Shown here: piece by piece, positions 49,321 through 61,739 of the stretch
Layout: every line of letters starts with the position of its first letter
Position numbering within the stretch: the stretch's first letter is position 1
Assembly (NCBI GenBank): GCA_043228905.1
Contig: JBHGNT010000017.1
Coordinates: forward strand, 7,688,001-7,752,000
From: Azolla caroliniana
Lineage: Eukaryota; Plantae; Polypodiophyta
Direction of reading: 5' to 3'
Length of the DNA stretch: 64,000 nucleotides
The notes under the pieces: generated by a model
The model's database searches: none
What the model was told of the DNA's origin: nothing
The model's input: the letters and a program-made list of their open reading frames with translations, nothing else
Translations under genes and position numbers: made by a program

Positions 49321-49446
49321 CTTCTCCTTTGCTTTCTCTGCTGCTAAAACCTCCGAAATCTCTTTATTTATGTATTTGATCTCTCAGAAACCCCCATTTC
49401 TCGCTCCTTCCTTCCTTCCGCCATTGCTTCTGCTCCTCGAGTCCTC

Positions 49447-49711
49447 ATGTCGTCCGACAAGAGCAAGAAGAAACGCGAGGACGATGACTCAAGAAGAGCA
49501 GGAGGCCAATCTGGCTATGCTCCTCTCCCCCTCTTAGGTCAAATACGAGAGAAAGGTTTCTCATCTGTATCAGAAGCCCGTCGGAGCGTTGTTTCTGCAC
49601 CTCAGCCCAGCGTTACTGCATTTCCCATTGCTCGCCATCGCTCTGAAGGTCCTGTAAGTTTCCCCTTACCTTTTCTTGCTTTAACTCTTCACAAAGATGA
49701 TTCATAACCGT

Positions 49712-49747
<36 letters not shown>

Positions 49748-52700
49748 CATATGTTATTCTGCATAGTTATAGACACTCTGACGAGTGCCACAAAATCTCA
49801 AGGGTCAATATTAGGACTTGAGATAGAACCATTTGCATGTTGAAGTAGTCAGCTTTCACTAAAGGGCAATGCCTTGTGCACATACATCGCCTTGATCAGG
49901 AGGGAAGTCTCGCTATTAAGGATAGCGATAAATACGCCCATTTAAACGTGGATGGCTCTGTGCTACTGGACCCAATTTACTTGCCAGACGTCCATAGATG
50001 CACTTTTTCCTTGTCAACTCAGAGCTCATGCTTTATTTTCCCTATCTTTAACTGGAATTCTTCATGCATGTTGATGTTTCAATGTGTAAAAATATTGAAT
50101 TGATCTATATTTGGCAAAAAGGCTAAGCAGTGATGCCTGTGTAACAGCATTGGGCACCATTGCCACCGTCTTCAGCACACAATGTTTCTCAAAGTCCAGA
50201 GAATACTGATGATGCAATTGGAGAAAATGCAGCTTTTGTAGCACAACCATTAGTGAGGAAGAAAAAGGAAACTATTGATTTCAGCAAATGGAAAGCTGGC
50301 AGAAATAAGAATATAGGTGACAATATTTCGATGCCCCCTGAAAAGGAAGTTACCTCTGGTACCCAAGTAAAGGAAAATATTCTGGAAATAAAGATCGAAA
50401 GCTTGAAGGAATTACAATTGGGAGACTATGCACAAATGCATTCTATCCAATCTGCAGATGGGGAACCGTATTCGATTGACAGAGATAAGCTGAAAATTCA
50501 TTCTGCTCAATCTACAGAGGACATTGATGGGATCAGTGAAATGAGCTTGGGAAACATGACAGCTAAGCAGATTATTGAAGCACAACAGGAACTAACAGAG
50601 AGGTTTCGACCTGATATATTAGATATGTTAAGAAGGCGTGGGAAGGCGAAGGCTGAAGGTCAGGAAAACAATTCAGAAATGCCCATTAAAAAAGGGTCAT
50701 TGCCCATGCCTGATATAATAAAGTTAAATCAGAAAGAAGATATACATGGTGAGGTGATAGGAAAGACAAGGATTGCAAAAGTACAAGATGACTCAGGTAG
50801 AGATACTTCCATATTGTCGGGACTGGCAAACATAGCGGAATGTGTGGCCCCAGAGAGGAATACAGCAACTGTTCAAACACATTCAGATTTAAGTTATGTT
50901 GATTGGAAAAACATGTCTTGGACAGATAGGGTTGAAGCTATAAGGTCATTTAAATTCGGCCTTGATGGGAGCTTCATTGGACATGGTTCCACAACAGTAT
51001 CCACTTCACTAGGTCATTCTCTTTATCTTCTATAATCTGCGCCAGATTTGAGTATTTCTGATGGTCTATCGCTTTGAATATTACAGTATTTAATAATTTT
51101 TTATTCAGTGAACCCATTTATAAAAACTTGCTAGTCCTAGGATAGATGATGTTAATAGTGTAGAGATTGAAGTTGATGGCGTGTCACAACGATCACTTGG
51201 ATCAGAGTATTTTAGTTAATTTAAGATTTCTACTTGCATAGGTAGAGAGTTAGAGTCACCTGACAAATTGCTATATCCCTATCTATTGTCACACCTTTCA
51301 AATTTTGAGAATCCAAGTTTGATTCCACTTTGGTCAAATTCAAGTATGAGCAATCCAAGGTATATTGGGACGGGGATGATGCATTTATTTTATACCAAAT
51401 GATTGGAACAGTTCTTACATTTCAACCAATAGTTCTTGATTGGACTTCTATATTGGAATGGGGTTGGTGCATTTATGTTTATGGCAAATGATTGCAACAG
51501 TTCTTAATGCCAATAATGACAATTTCCATTTTCTACCATTTGTTCAGATTATGAAGTGCCAATCTTGAGTATCTTCTCCTTGGTCACTGTGGGTCAATCT
51601 GGATTATTTCTAGGGGCTCTAAAATTTATCGGATATGGTCACTGATCAGAATAATGCGCGCTCACTGTGGGTCCACCTGGATTATTTCTTGGGGCACCAA
51701 TGCTTTGCTTCTTATCATGCAAGCAATCATCAAGACTACGTTTCTCCAAATATCTCAAGTTATGTGATTAGTGAAGGTTCTGTGTCTTGAAGTTTTACCA
51801 CGTCGAGAAGAGTCGGTCTGACAAGTGTATCAAACAACCTCAAGTTTCTGTGGTTCTTGGAACTCTATATGTGCTCATTGTCTTTCAACAGTCAAGAATG
51901 TATATCCATGAGAAAGTCAAGCACATACAGCCTCCTCAAAGAGAATTGGGGCCCAACTAATGTTACTCCTACATATATGTAGGATCATGTATATGCCACC
52001 TTTTCTGCTCCTGATAACAATTCTGGTTTCCATCCTAATATACATACTTGAGTGGTGTTAGACACCATCACTTTAGTTTACTGACAAATCATTGTGTGTA
52101 TATAATGACTTTAAAATATTTAGGTATCTTTGCAATTCCCCAGGAGAGTCGGAAAGTAAAAAAAGTAAATAGGATAAAAAGAGACTAAAGAATCTTGTTA
52201 TAGGTACATGTAAGATTCACAAGTCAGTATATCATAATTATTTTCAATAGAGCTCTAGCATAGGTTGATTGAGAATGGAGAGGTCTCTAATTGAGTGGTG
52301 GACCTCTGATGGCGGGAGATAATGTCCTTTATCTGTCCATGACAAGGGTGGTGAGATTGCGGTCCATGGGGCTGGTGCCTACATGCATGACACATTGCTA
52401 TTGCCAAATCTATTCTATTGTAACCCCGTTGTTATGCCTTGTAGGATGAGTAAGAGTGATGGGGCTAAAAACAGTTGTGTTTATTCTTTGTTGATGAGCT
52501 TGTGTGGTGGTATTGTTGTCCTTCAACAACTTTTCCCTGTGTTTCTTGAGCTCTAGCAAGAAAATCCCCAAGCACCGTTGGTCCTCATATTCCATTACCT
52601 TGTGTAGTGGTCCAAACCCTTGCTTAAAGAGGCGATGGTATCTCCCTCTTATTTCATAAAAAACACTATAGTGGCAAACATAGTGTTCTTCAGATTCTAC

Positions 52701-55700
52701 TCCTTGATGACACAATTGGCAAATTCTTTCTTCCAAAGGTATTTGTGCATATCTGACTACCTCAATCTCTAACTGATGTGATGAAGTTCACAGCTGCGCT
52801 ATCACACTGTGCTGCGGATAGGATAGATATATGTCCATATTAGATAGCCCGATGATGAATCCATCCTCTTATAGTGGGCCATCTTCCTACCAAGTGATAT
52901 TTTGGGGCTGATCCATGTTATCTTGTTTTACAAGTTAATAATATCAGTTCAGATCACTCTATTTTTTCCCACTTTGGTTATGTTTAGACTCTGAAAAAAA
53001 TATAGTCATGAAAATGCCCTTTCTAGTGAAGAGTTACAATATCCACTTGCAATAGGCTTATGTGACTTTGTTACAACCGAACAGCCATTTAATTTGTTTG
53101 AGAAGTGTTGAGGTTCATCATTCTGCTTTTCATCAGAAGTTAGAACGTCATGTTGTTTCTAGTCTGATCAACAGTTTTAGTGTTAGAATAATTTTTGCAG
53201 CTGAAGCTCTATACATTGAACTTAGATCCTAACTTTCTTGGGTATATCACCTCTCTTTTACGTACCTGCACTAATTTTCTATCCCTGTGTATTGTCTTTG
53301 TGCTCGTGTGATTGCATTGTCTCTATTGAATACTGATGTCTTAAGCTCGAATCACAGACCAATTATTGCGCTAATAATTGTTGAGAATTTGATATTATTT
53401 TGTATCGGAACGTATGTGCAATCTAGTAGTCAATGAGTAGATGTTCCACATAAAGTGTATGATACTGATGTATTGTGAGGTAGATTCTTTCTGATTATTA
53501 TAGAATCTTGAGTCAAAAGGTACTTTGGTTAGATACCTAGAGGAAACTGCACAAAAGACTTTTAAGACTACTTACATTATCCTAGTAAAACAATTCCTCG
53601 AGGACGCTTAATTCTTCCTATTCCCCATCAATTAATGTAGTTTAACATCAATGTTTTTCTGGAACACTGCCATTTTTTCTAGAGTCATATATGTATGGTT
53701 CAGTGTACATATCCCAGACTGTACACAAAGAACACCAACATTTTTGCCAAAGTCATATACCGTGGGTCTACATTCCTCTCGATGGGAAATTCTGTATCAC
53801 CGTTCTTGCCCAATTATTGTATAATTATGTTAATGGCTAACAGATCAAAAGCTTAACATTTATGCTAAGTGTCATAGGAAAGTCAATTTAGTTCTATAAT
53901 AGGAAAAGATGGAATAATTATTTATGACTTTCTTTATTTAATTCTCTAAATTTCATTATATACTCATAGCTATGGTCTATGACAAATCTAACCAACTCAA
54001 AAACTTGACTATTGTATGGATATTGGACAAACGAAGGCGGTGATAAATCAGTACTTCTCAATGCTACAGAACGTGACTTTCTGCGCACCGAGGGGGATCC
54101 TACATCTGATGGATATACGGTTAAGGAAGCAATAGCACTTGTTCGAAGCATGGTTTGGAATCTTAAATCTTTCATGATTTATCATTTTGGGTCATTCTGT
54201 ACTCATTCTGACTTGTTTGTTTAATTCCATTTGTGCTCTTATTCTTGGTATAATATCCATCTCTATGCAAACAAATAGCTTGAGTTGTAATTGTTTCAAG
54301 CACACAAACACAAACACAAACACATAGCAAAAAAGAAAATGCCTTGGCGAAGATTATACAACTTCCATGATGTTTCTGTTGTATTATGATCCTGGAAAAA
54401 ATGTTCAAAACATCACTTTCAATGTAACAAAATCTGCAAAGAATGCATCATCAAATTGTTGGATTCAATGGGCATTTTCGTTTTGAAGCATAAATGGGAT
54501 TCGAGTTGGTTGGCAGAAGCATCATAAACATTCTGCTGAAAGTATTCTGCCTGCCAAGTGTCTCTGCTTCACTATTGAGTCTTGAGAAGTGGAGGGGAGT
54601 AGTTAAAGTGGAAGGTGATTATTGTTTAGTCATGGCAGTAGAGGTGGCAATAGAGGAACAGTAGATGGGGCTCTAACAGACACTTCGGATCCACTTTTAC
54701 CATCCAGCCCCAGGTTACTCATTCCTACACATGAATTAGGCTGGGACTAGACAATAACTTAATGCACCTGTGTGATTTCTCCCACGAGTATTGAAGGATG
54801 CTTATTGGATCTGTCCATAGTGTTGATGATGTGAAAGCTATATTGAAAAAATGTTGATATTCACAGAGCTGCTCACCAAAATGTCGTGTACTTAATCCAC
54901 TGATGATTGAATTGTCTATACAACAGCCACTATTTTCATGTCAATGTTGTAGAAGAAGGGATGTAACCTAGGATCATAGTCATAATGGGTGATTTTTTTA
55001 ATGTCAGGGTGAACGAGTGTATGATCTGGACATAAACAGTATGGCTGGTCATTTAAAGAAGGGCATATAAGCCTCATTTATGGTATAATGGACACCACTA
55101 GCCAGCGGGTAAGGGTAGCAAAGGTTACCCTGAAGGGGTGCGGATGGGTGATATAGGGCATGCTCTTGCAGCTGCAATGAATTGAGAAGTCCCAGATGCG
55201 CGTGGTGGTTGGGAGTTTTTGTCTGTTTCGCATTCCTATGCAGTCTCGTAGCTCGGGGATCCAATAGAATTTATTTCAGCCATAGTCTATGGTCACAGAA
55301 TCTGTCTGCCTAATCATGGATCTAAGTAGACTTAAAGTTCCTTTCAAGTAAAGGATATGTTGCTCTCAGCAATCATTCTCTCTTTTTAAAATATAGATTT
55401 TCTTCCTGTAAAATGCTCTTCAATGACATTTTCTTGATTGTTGGGGGTTACATAAAGTATCTGGGTGTGGGAGGTTATAATGAACTGTGGTATTTAATTG
55501 AAATTATAATGATACATTTCACAGTTTATATTATAGATCAAAACTCTACTTTGCAGATGCAGGTGCCAATGGGTATATATAAGTTTCATGTTAAGTTTTC
55601 TGATTAATTATACAGTTTTGAAAGTAAATTATCTAGTAAACCTATTTTTCAGAGCAGGGTCTTTGTTCTACTTTTGAGGTACCAGAACTGTTACACCCCA

Positions 55701-58700
55701 TTGATTGTTCTCATGGGGAACAAGTTCTTTGTATCATTTGAATTGTTTGTTTATAAATCTTGGTGGATTGATATTTCAGTGTAGTTTCAGTCTTTTTGTT
55801 TCTTTTTCTTCCTCAATTGTGTGATTAGAGAACTATCTAATATATAGGTTCCAGCTCAAAGATCTGCTGGATTACGGATTGTGAGTCACATTTTGGAGAA
55901 AGCATTAATTGCATTTCAGTCAAATTCTTGTGAAAGAGGTATTGAAGTACTGGCATCAAGTGTTGATTGGCAAGCTGTTTGGGCATATGCTCTAGGTCCA
56001 GAGCCAGAATTGGTTTTGACATTAAGGTCACTATTCCTAAACATGAGGGCTTTTGGTTTGTCAATATCCTGAAGGTTTCTGATTTAATATTCTCTTTATG
56101 GCATGTTAAGTTTTTGAAATTTGAAGATGCAACTGAATTAAATTGTATGATAACAGATTAGCTTTGGATGATTCACATGCTACTGCTATTGTTACATGCG
56201 CTAGAGCACTTGAATATCTTCTATCCAGTCCTGTGAATGAGCAATATTTTTATCTGTGTGAAGTATTTTCTTTCATACACTATCTCTTGTGTTTATCAAT
56301 ATTCAACAGAATTTCATTTATTGTTGATTCTAATATCTGCACCTACTACTGGTTTTTGTGTAGTGCTTATGGCCAGGCAGTGATTATCTTTTTACTGCTC
56401 CTATATTTCAGAAGCCTTCATTCCAAGAGAGTGGGTTAATTGGAGACTGTTATTGGAAATATAACGTAAAGCCTTCTAACATGTTCAACTTTTCCAGCAA
56501 TGGTCAGTCTGAGAAAGAAGAAGATGATTCATCAGTGAACAAAGATGCTTCAATTGCAAACCAAGATGTCGCAGCTGGGCTTATTCGCATGGGAATCCTT
56601 CCGAGAATTCGTTACATCTTGGAGGTATTGTTTCTTTGGTAGTATAGATGAGACTTTTGTTGCCAGGACACTAATGTCCTTTAGTGTTGTTTTTATTGTA
56701 TATTGAGAAATCATGCAGGTCGATAGACTGCTTGCTGCAGAAGATTCCTTGTTTAGTATCTTAATAGCCTTGGCTAGACATTCACCTACTGCTGCAGATG
56801 CGGTAATGAAATGCCCAAGGCTGATGGATACTATTATGCAACTATTTGTCCAGGATGGTACTTTTACATGGCCAAGTCGAGCCAAAGCAATTAAACTATT
56901 GAAGGTCTTTGACTTATGGTTAATATGCAAATAGAAATATATAAATTCTATTAGTATCTGATTGTTTAACCTTACAGGTATTATGCATAGCCAACGAGTC
57001 AAATTGCATTCAGATATTCAATTCAGGTTTATTTCAAGCTGCTCAACTTGGACTTTCCCGTGAAGGATTAAATTTGGGTCCTGCAAAGAGTATTTACAAT
57101 GTTCATCAAGGTCCATGGATTGACCTTGTTGAAGCGCTAAACTTTTGGAGAGTATGCGTAAAATACTCTCTTGGTATCTTGTGCTTCTCTGACCTATATC
57201 CAGCTCTGTTGTATTGGATTTCTACTCCTAATGTGGTGCTCTCTGTGGAGGGAACTGTAGACATTGCACATGGTGCTCTCACTGTATCTTCATTTCAATT
57301 ATTAGAGGCACTTGCCAACACACTTCCAGTTCTTCATGTTGCCAGTGAATCAGAACTTACAGAAGAAGCTAATGTGGATAGTTGGGACACGTCTTCAGCT
57401 GAGCTGGATGTTTGGTCATGGAAATTTGCGATTCCAATAGTGGAAAATTCCTTAGATTGGCTTTCCAGTGAGCTCATTCAGGCTTGCATACAGAGTCTAC
57501 AGCAGCAGAATAGAGGAACTCCTATGCTTTTCAGAATGCTATCTTCCATTCTGCATTTTCTATCGACTGTGTGTGGAAGAATATTGGAAGATAGAAAATG
57601 CAAACCTGCATGGTTGCCAACTTTTGTTCCCAAGTTGGCATTGCAATTAGTTAAAAGCAATCTGCTGGACTTTAGTACAAATGTATCTTCAGAATTGAGC
57701 CGCAATACACTTGTAAAATGCTTTCTTTCTAGGAAGGAACAACTTTTGGGTGAGGAGCTTTTACATTTTACAGACTGTTTGCATGGTCTAGTGCGCTTGT
57801 TGAAAGTAGTAGATCATCTTTTTATATCAGTGAAGATGGACATGACAAATCCTGAGCCAGATTATACATCTGAAGCGGAATCACTGGAAATAGAAGGAAC
57901 TTTGAGAGGTGGTCTTGCTGTGTCAGCTAAAAGAGAGCTAATGCAGCTATTAAAATGTGTGGGTGATTGCTTGATAAAACAAACGGGCATGCTAAACATG
58001 CTCGATACTTCCAGACGAGGTGGTCCTGCACCTGGAATTGGAATTGGCTGGGGATGCCAAGGTGGAGGTTATTGGTCAATTTATGTGCTTACAGTTCAGC
58101 TGGACTCTGTTCTGCTACTTGAACTGATTGAATTATTCCCAGTCCAAGAGATTCCCAGTATGATATCTAAAGAATTGCCTCCTTTGAATGAAGATATTGA
58201 TATGTTTGCAATTGACAGTATTTGGAGAATAAAGGTGGGCCTAAGCGCAATTCTACTGGCAGGACCTCATCAAAGAGATCTTATTGAAAATATCTGCCAT
58301 TGTCTGATTTTCCATAACTCTGCATTAGATTTATTTCGCAGTAACACTAAAGCATTGATTGGAAAATGGCTTAGGAAACTTGAAGTGGACACTATGATAC
58401 AGATAGATAGTTACTTGAGCGACTTAAATTTGCATATAGAAGAGATGAGAGATATTCTATGTCAACATGTGCGAAATGTATGGTTTCAAAAGAAAAAGAA
58501 AGTCTCTGATAAGGATATAACAGCAGAAGCTAAAGTATCGAAGAAAACAAGTGTGTTACCCACTGTGCATGAAGGTAACGTGTCAACATCTGGGCGCAAG
58601 GATAGTCTTGCAGTAGAATGGGCAACGCAAAAACTGCCTTTACCTTCTTTTTGGTTTTTAAGCCCACTTCTGAGCAATGTCTGCATGCCGAAAGAGAGTG

Positions 58701-60401
58701 GAGATGGCATAAAGAACAGTAAATTTAAAGATGAAAATTTGAATGTAGTGACAGTTATAAGCCATGGCCTAGTACTTCTATTTGGACTCGAGACCTTGAG
58801 TGATGGGTCTCTGTGTGTGGGTTTGGATGTGTCCATTGCAAGAAAGATACACGCCTTATCAAATGTGTTTATTTTGTCAGATGATATTTTCCTAGAGAAA
58901 CCAGTGAGAAGCATGATTGGGGCTTTGCAAGAATTATATATGGATTTCCTTCCCTTTATCTCTGATCAGAATTTAGAAATGGAGGCGATTGATTATTTAA
59001 ATGTTGCAGAAAGAACACTTGCAAAGCATTCTACATTTAGTCTAGACTTCGAGACACTTGTTGACCAGAGGTATACCAGTTTTATAGGTCGGCTGACAAA
59101 CCAGTTTGCAGCTGTTTCATATGGAGATTTAGTTTTTGGTCGGCAAATTGCAATCTATCTGATAAGGAACGTACCTGATTCTCTTAGATTGAGGGTGTGG
59201 AAATCTTTAGAAACTGAGCATATGCTAGAGTTTTTACCCCCAATAGAACAGTGCGCTGGGAAAGCTACAGTTTACCTATATCCTTTTGAGGTAAGTGAAT
59301 AATCAATCCTCACAATATCAATGTTCTTATAGTAAATGTTGCATTGTCCTGGGCATTTGTTCCTTATTTGATTTTGAATACAGGAAAATCAAGAAATAAT
59401 AAAGTGTTATGCATCTGCGTGGTCCAAAGGCGCCCTTGATAGAGCCAAGATCCGGAATTCTGTTTCTTTCTCTCTTGCTCAGTTTCATGTTGCGTCTTTT
59501 ATCTTCAAAGCAGAGGACGACCAGAACCAACTTTTGAGGAAAACATTAGCGAAAGATCTTTTGGTTGCATTGGCAAGGAGGCCACATTTTCAGGTTTGTT
59601 GTTTCCTACACTCGAATTTCCTCTTTTTCAATGAAGGAGAACCATCTTTATTTGTAGCATTTTCCAATCCAATTTTTTTGATGGGGTGCGGCCATTGATT
59701 TTTGTTGCTTAAGAAGTGTGGTTTAACTTCAACCATGTTACATGTACTTGTGAGGTGATTTTAATTTATCCTTAGACACCAAAATGGAATGCTATGGATA
59801 TAAAATGCTTGATGGAAATACTTTTAGGAGGAACTTTTCAATATATTTTATCATGTTGAAGTGCATATTTTCTATTTCAACATCTCTACTCCCTGTTTGA
59901 TACCCACAGTGTTTGCGTTGCTCCCCACCCCACCCGATAGAACTTTGCTCACTTGGGTGGTCTTCAATGGGTTTGATATCATTGACCTGTGGTATATCAC
60001 ACTTAAGAATGCACATTCTCACCCAATGTTACGGGGAATCTCTGGTTATTGAAGGCTTCTCTGTAGTCAGATGTGAACACATCTTGATATTCGGTAGGTC
60101 TTGTAAACATAGTAATTTTTGCCTCAACTCAACTCTTTTAAGGAGTAGGACAATGCTAAGGTCAGATTTGTATCAATGTTTTTGTATGAGTGAATGTTGA
60201 TCAGCATGATTACTGTTCACTAAAAGATAGTGATTCTACTTGTGGTTGCAGGATTCCCTACAAGGTCTATTTAATTATGATGAACATCATGTCATCCCAG
60301 TGCATGCGGAAAAGAAAGATTTGCGATACAAGTTTTTGGAGGAAGTTTGCATGGACTCTCCAAATCTCTTAGCTCAGATTCGGCTGCTTAAAAGCTTGTA
60401 A
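49447..60401 (+). CDS. IYO: RNA polymerase II-associated protein 1 homolog (RPAP1/MINIYO), 10 exons
   Basis: Exons: 49447-49653, 50148-51012, ~54037 (or 54052)-54152, 55848-56026, 56157-56262, 56364-56624, 56719-56904, 56978-59290, 59384-59593, 60252-60401. Motifs: FPIARHRSEGPHW, ERDFLRTEGDP..GYT.KEA, DWQAVWAYALGPEPELVL.LR.ALDD, RGGPAPGIGIGWG..GGGYWS and FAAVSYGDLVFGRQ. Confidence 0.92.
52300..52900 (-). mobile_element. LINE 3' fragment in RPAP1 intron 2
   Basis: HQLEIEV.RY..IPLEERICQLCHQGVESEEHYVCH...EIR is the C-terminal zinc-knuckle signature of a non-LTR retrotransposon ORF2. Confidence 0.75.
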
Positions 60402-61739
60402 ACGGAATCTTGTAGAAATTTATATCGTATATTTTTGTTCAATATGACTGCAGATTCATTATACCTATTTGATGGCGTCATGTTCTCCGATGTTTCCTTA
60501 TATTGCAAAAGCTTTTTATACAACGGTGTCACATATGCTTCTAATATTTATCTATTCTTTTGGATGTGGAAGTCACATTTTTCTTCATGAATACGTTACC
60601 TTGCATCGATCTTAGCGTATTTTGGCTTCATTGCAACATTGTTTTATACCCAAGGTATCATATGATTGAAAATTCACCGTATAAACCGTCTTGTGAGATG
60701 AACTTAGAATTTAGATGTGTCCAATACTCCCATGATGGATTCGTTATGAGTTCCTAAAATGATGGGAAAGGGAAATGTCTACAAGTTTCACAAATGTTTT
60801 TACTTGTTCATGGGTGATTACGATATGTTCCCCAAAGGAAGGACATCAGTTATGATGGAAGGAAAAAAGAAGAAGAAAGAGTGGTTGTGTTGATTTGAGA
60901 CATTATTAATTGTATCCCTAGTTCTTATCGTTGGTGAATACGACTTTCCATTTCGTTGTTTATTGAAATAAACATTACATTCAAAATGGAGAGGATATTC
61001 TACTCATCTCCTTAATGGCATTTTTCTTAAGAGTCCTATATGTTGATTATCATTTTTTTATAATTTTAAGCTTCTATTATTTGTTAATAAAAGTGTTGGC
61101 TTTGCTGTATACATGTGTTTACATCTTCTCTCCCCATTCCAACATACACCTTCCATTTTCTATTGTGCAAAATCCCTCATTGAGTTTCTTACCATCATTT
61201 TCATGTAAAACATTCCTTCCAATAGCATTTTTGTGTAGCAATAGGCATAATCCGTGTGTTAGTTGAGGTTTATGAATGGTAGATGTTAACAAGATCAACC
61301 CATGCATTCCACTACTAATAAACAAGACCAAGCTCTAATCTTATTGAAAACCAAGCTAATGCCTCCAATGTAGTTCGTTAAATTGGATGATTATCAAAAC
61401 ATTCCATCCTCGTCAATGCTCAAAATATATGCAATTACCCTTCATTTTTTGTGAAGTGTGAATGTCATTTGATGTCTAGTTACAAATATATGTATGCACG
61501 CCTTATCTTTCAACACACATTGATGTCCATTTAAATTGTGCTTAACTAAGAAACACCTTTTAGTTCTTGTTAACCTTGTCAAAAGCATGCATTGCAAAGG
61601 AATGCCTTTTCTTTTGTTTGTTATCTCTTCATAATCACGGATTGCAAGGAACACGCAACCCTGTTGCTACTGGTTTAGAAGCACACATTATGAGGAACAC
61701 CAATTTTTTTGTCTATGTAACTTGAATTTTGATAGAAAT

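Noticed and set aside
51358-51692. Short imperfect direct duplications in RPAP1 intron 2
   Set aside because: Ordinary intronic tandem duplications with no termini or coding signal.
55076-55262. GC-richer island in RPAP1 intron 3, possible ncRNA
   Set aside because: No convincing snoRNA, snRNA, MRP or tRNA motifs were recognised; an Rfam scan would be needed.
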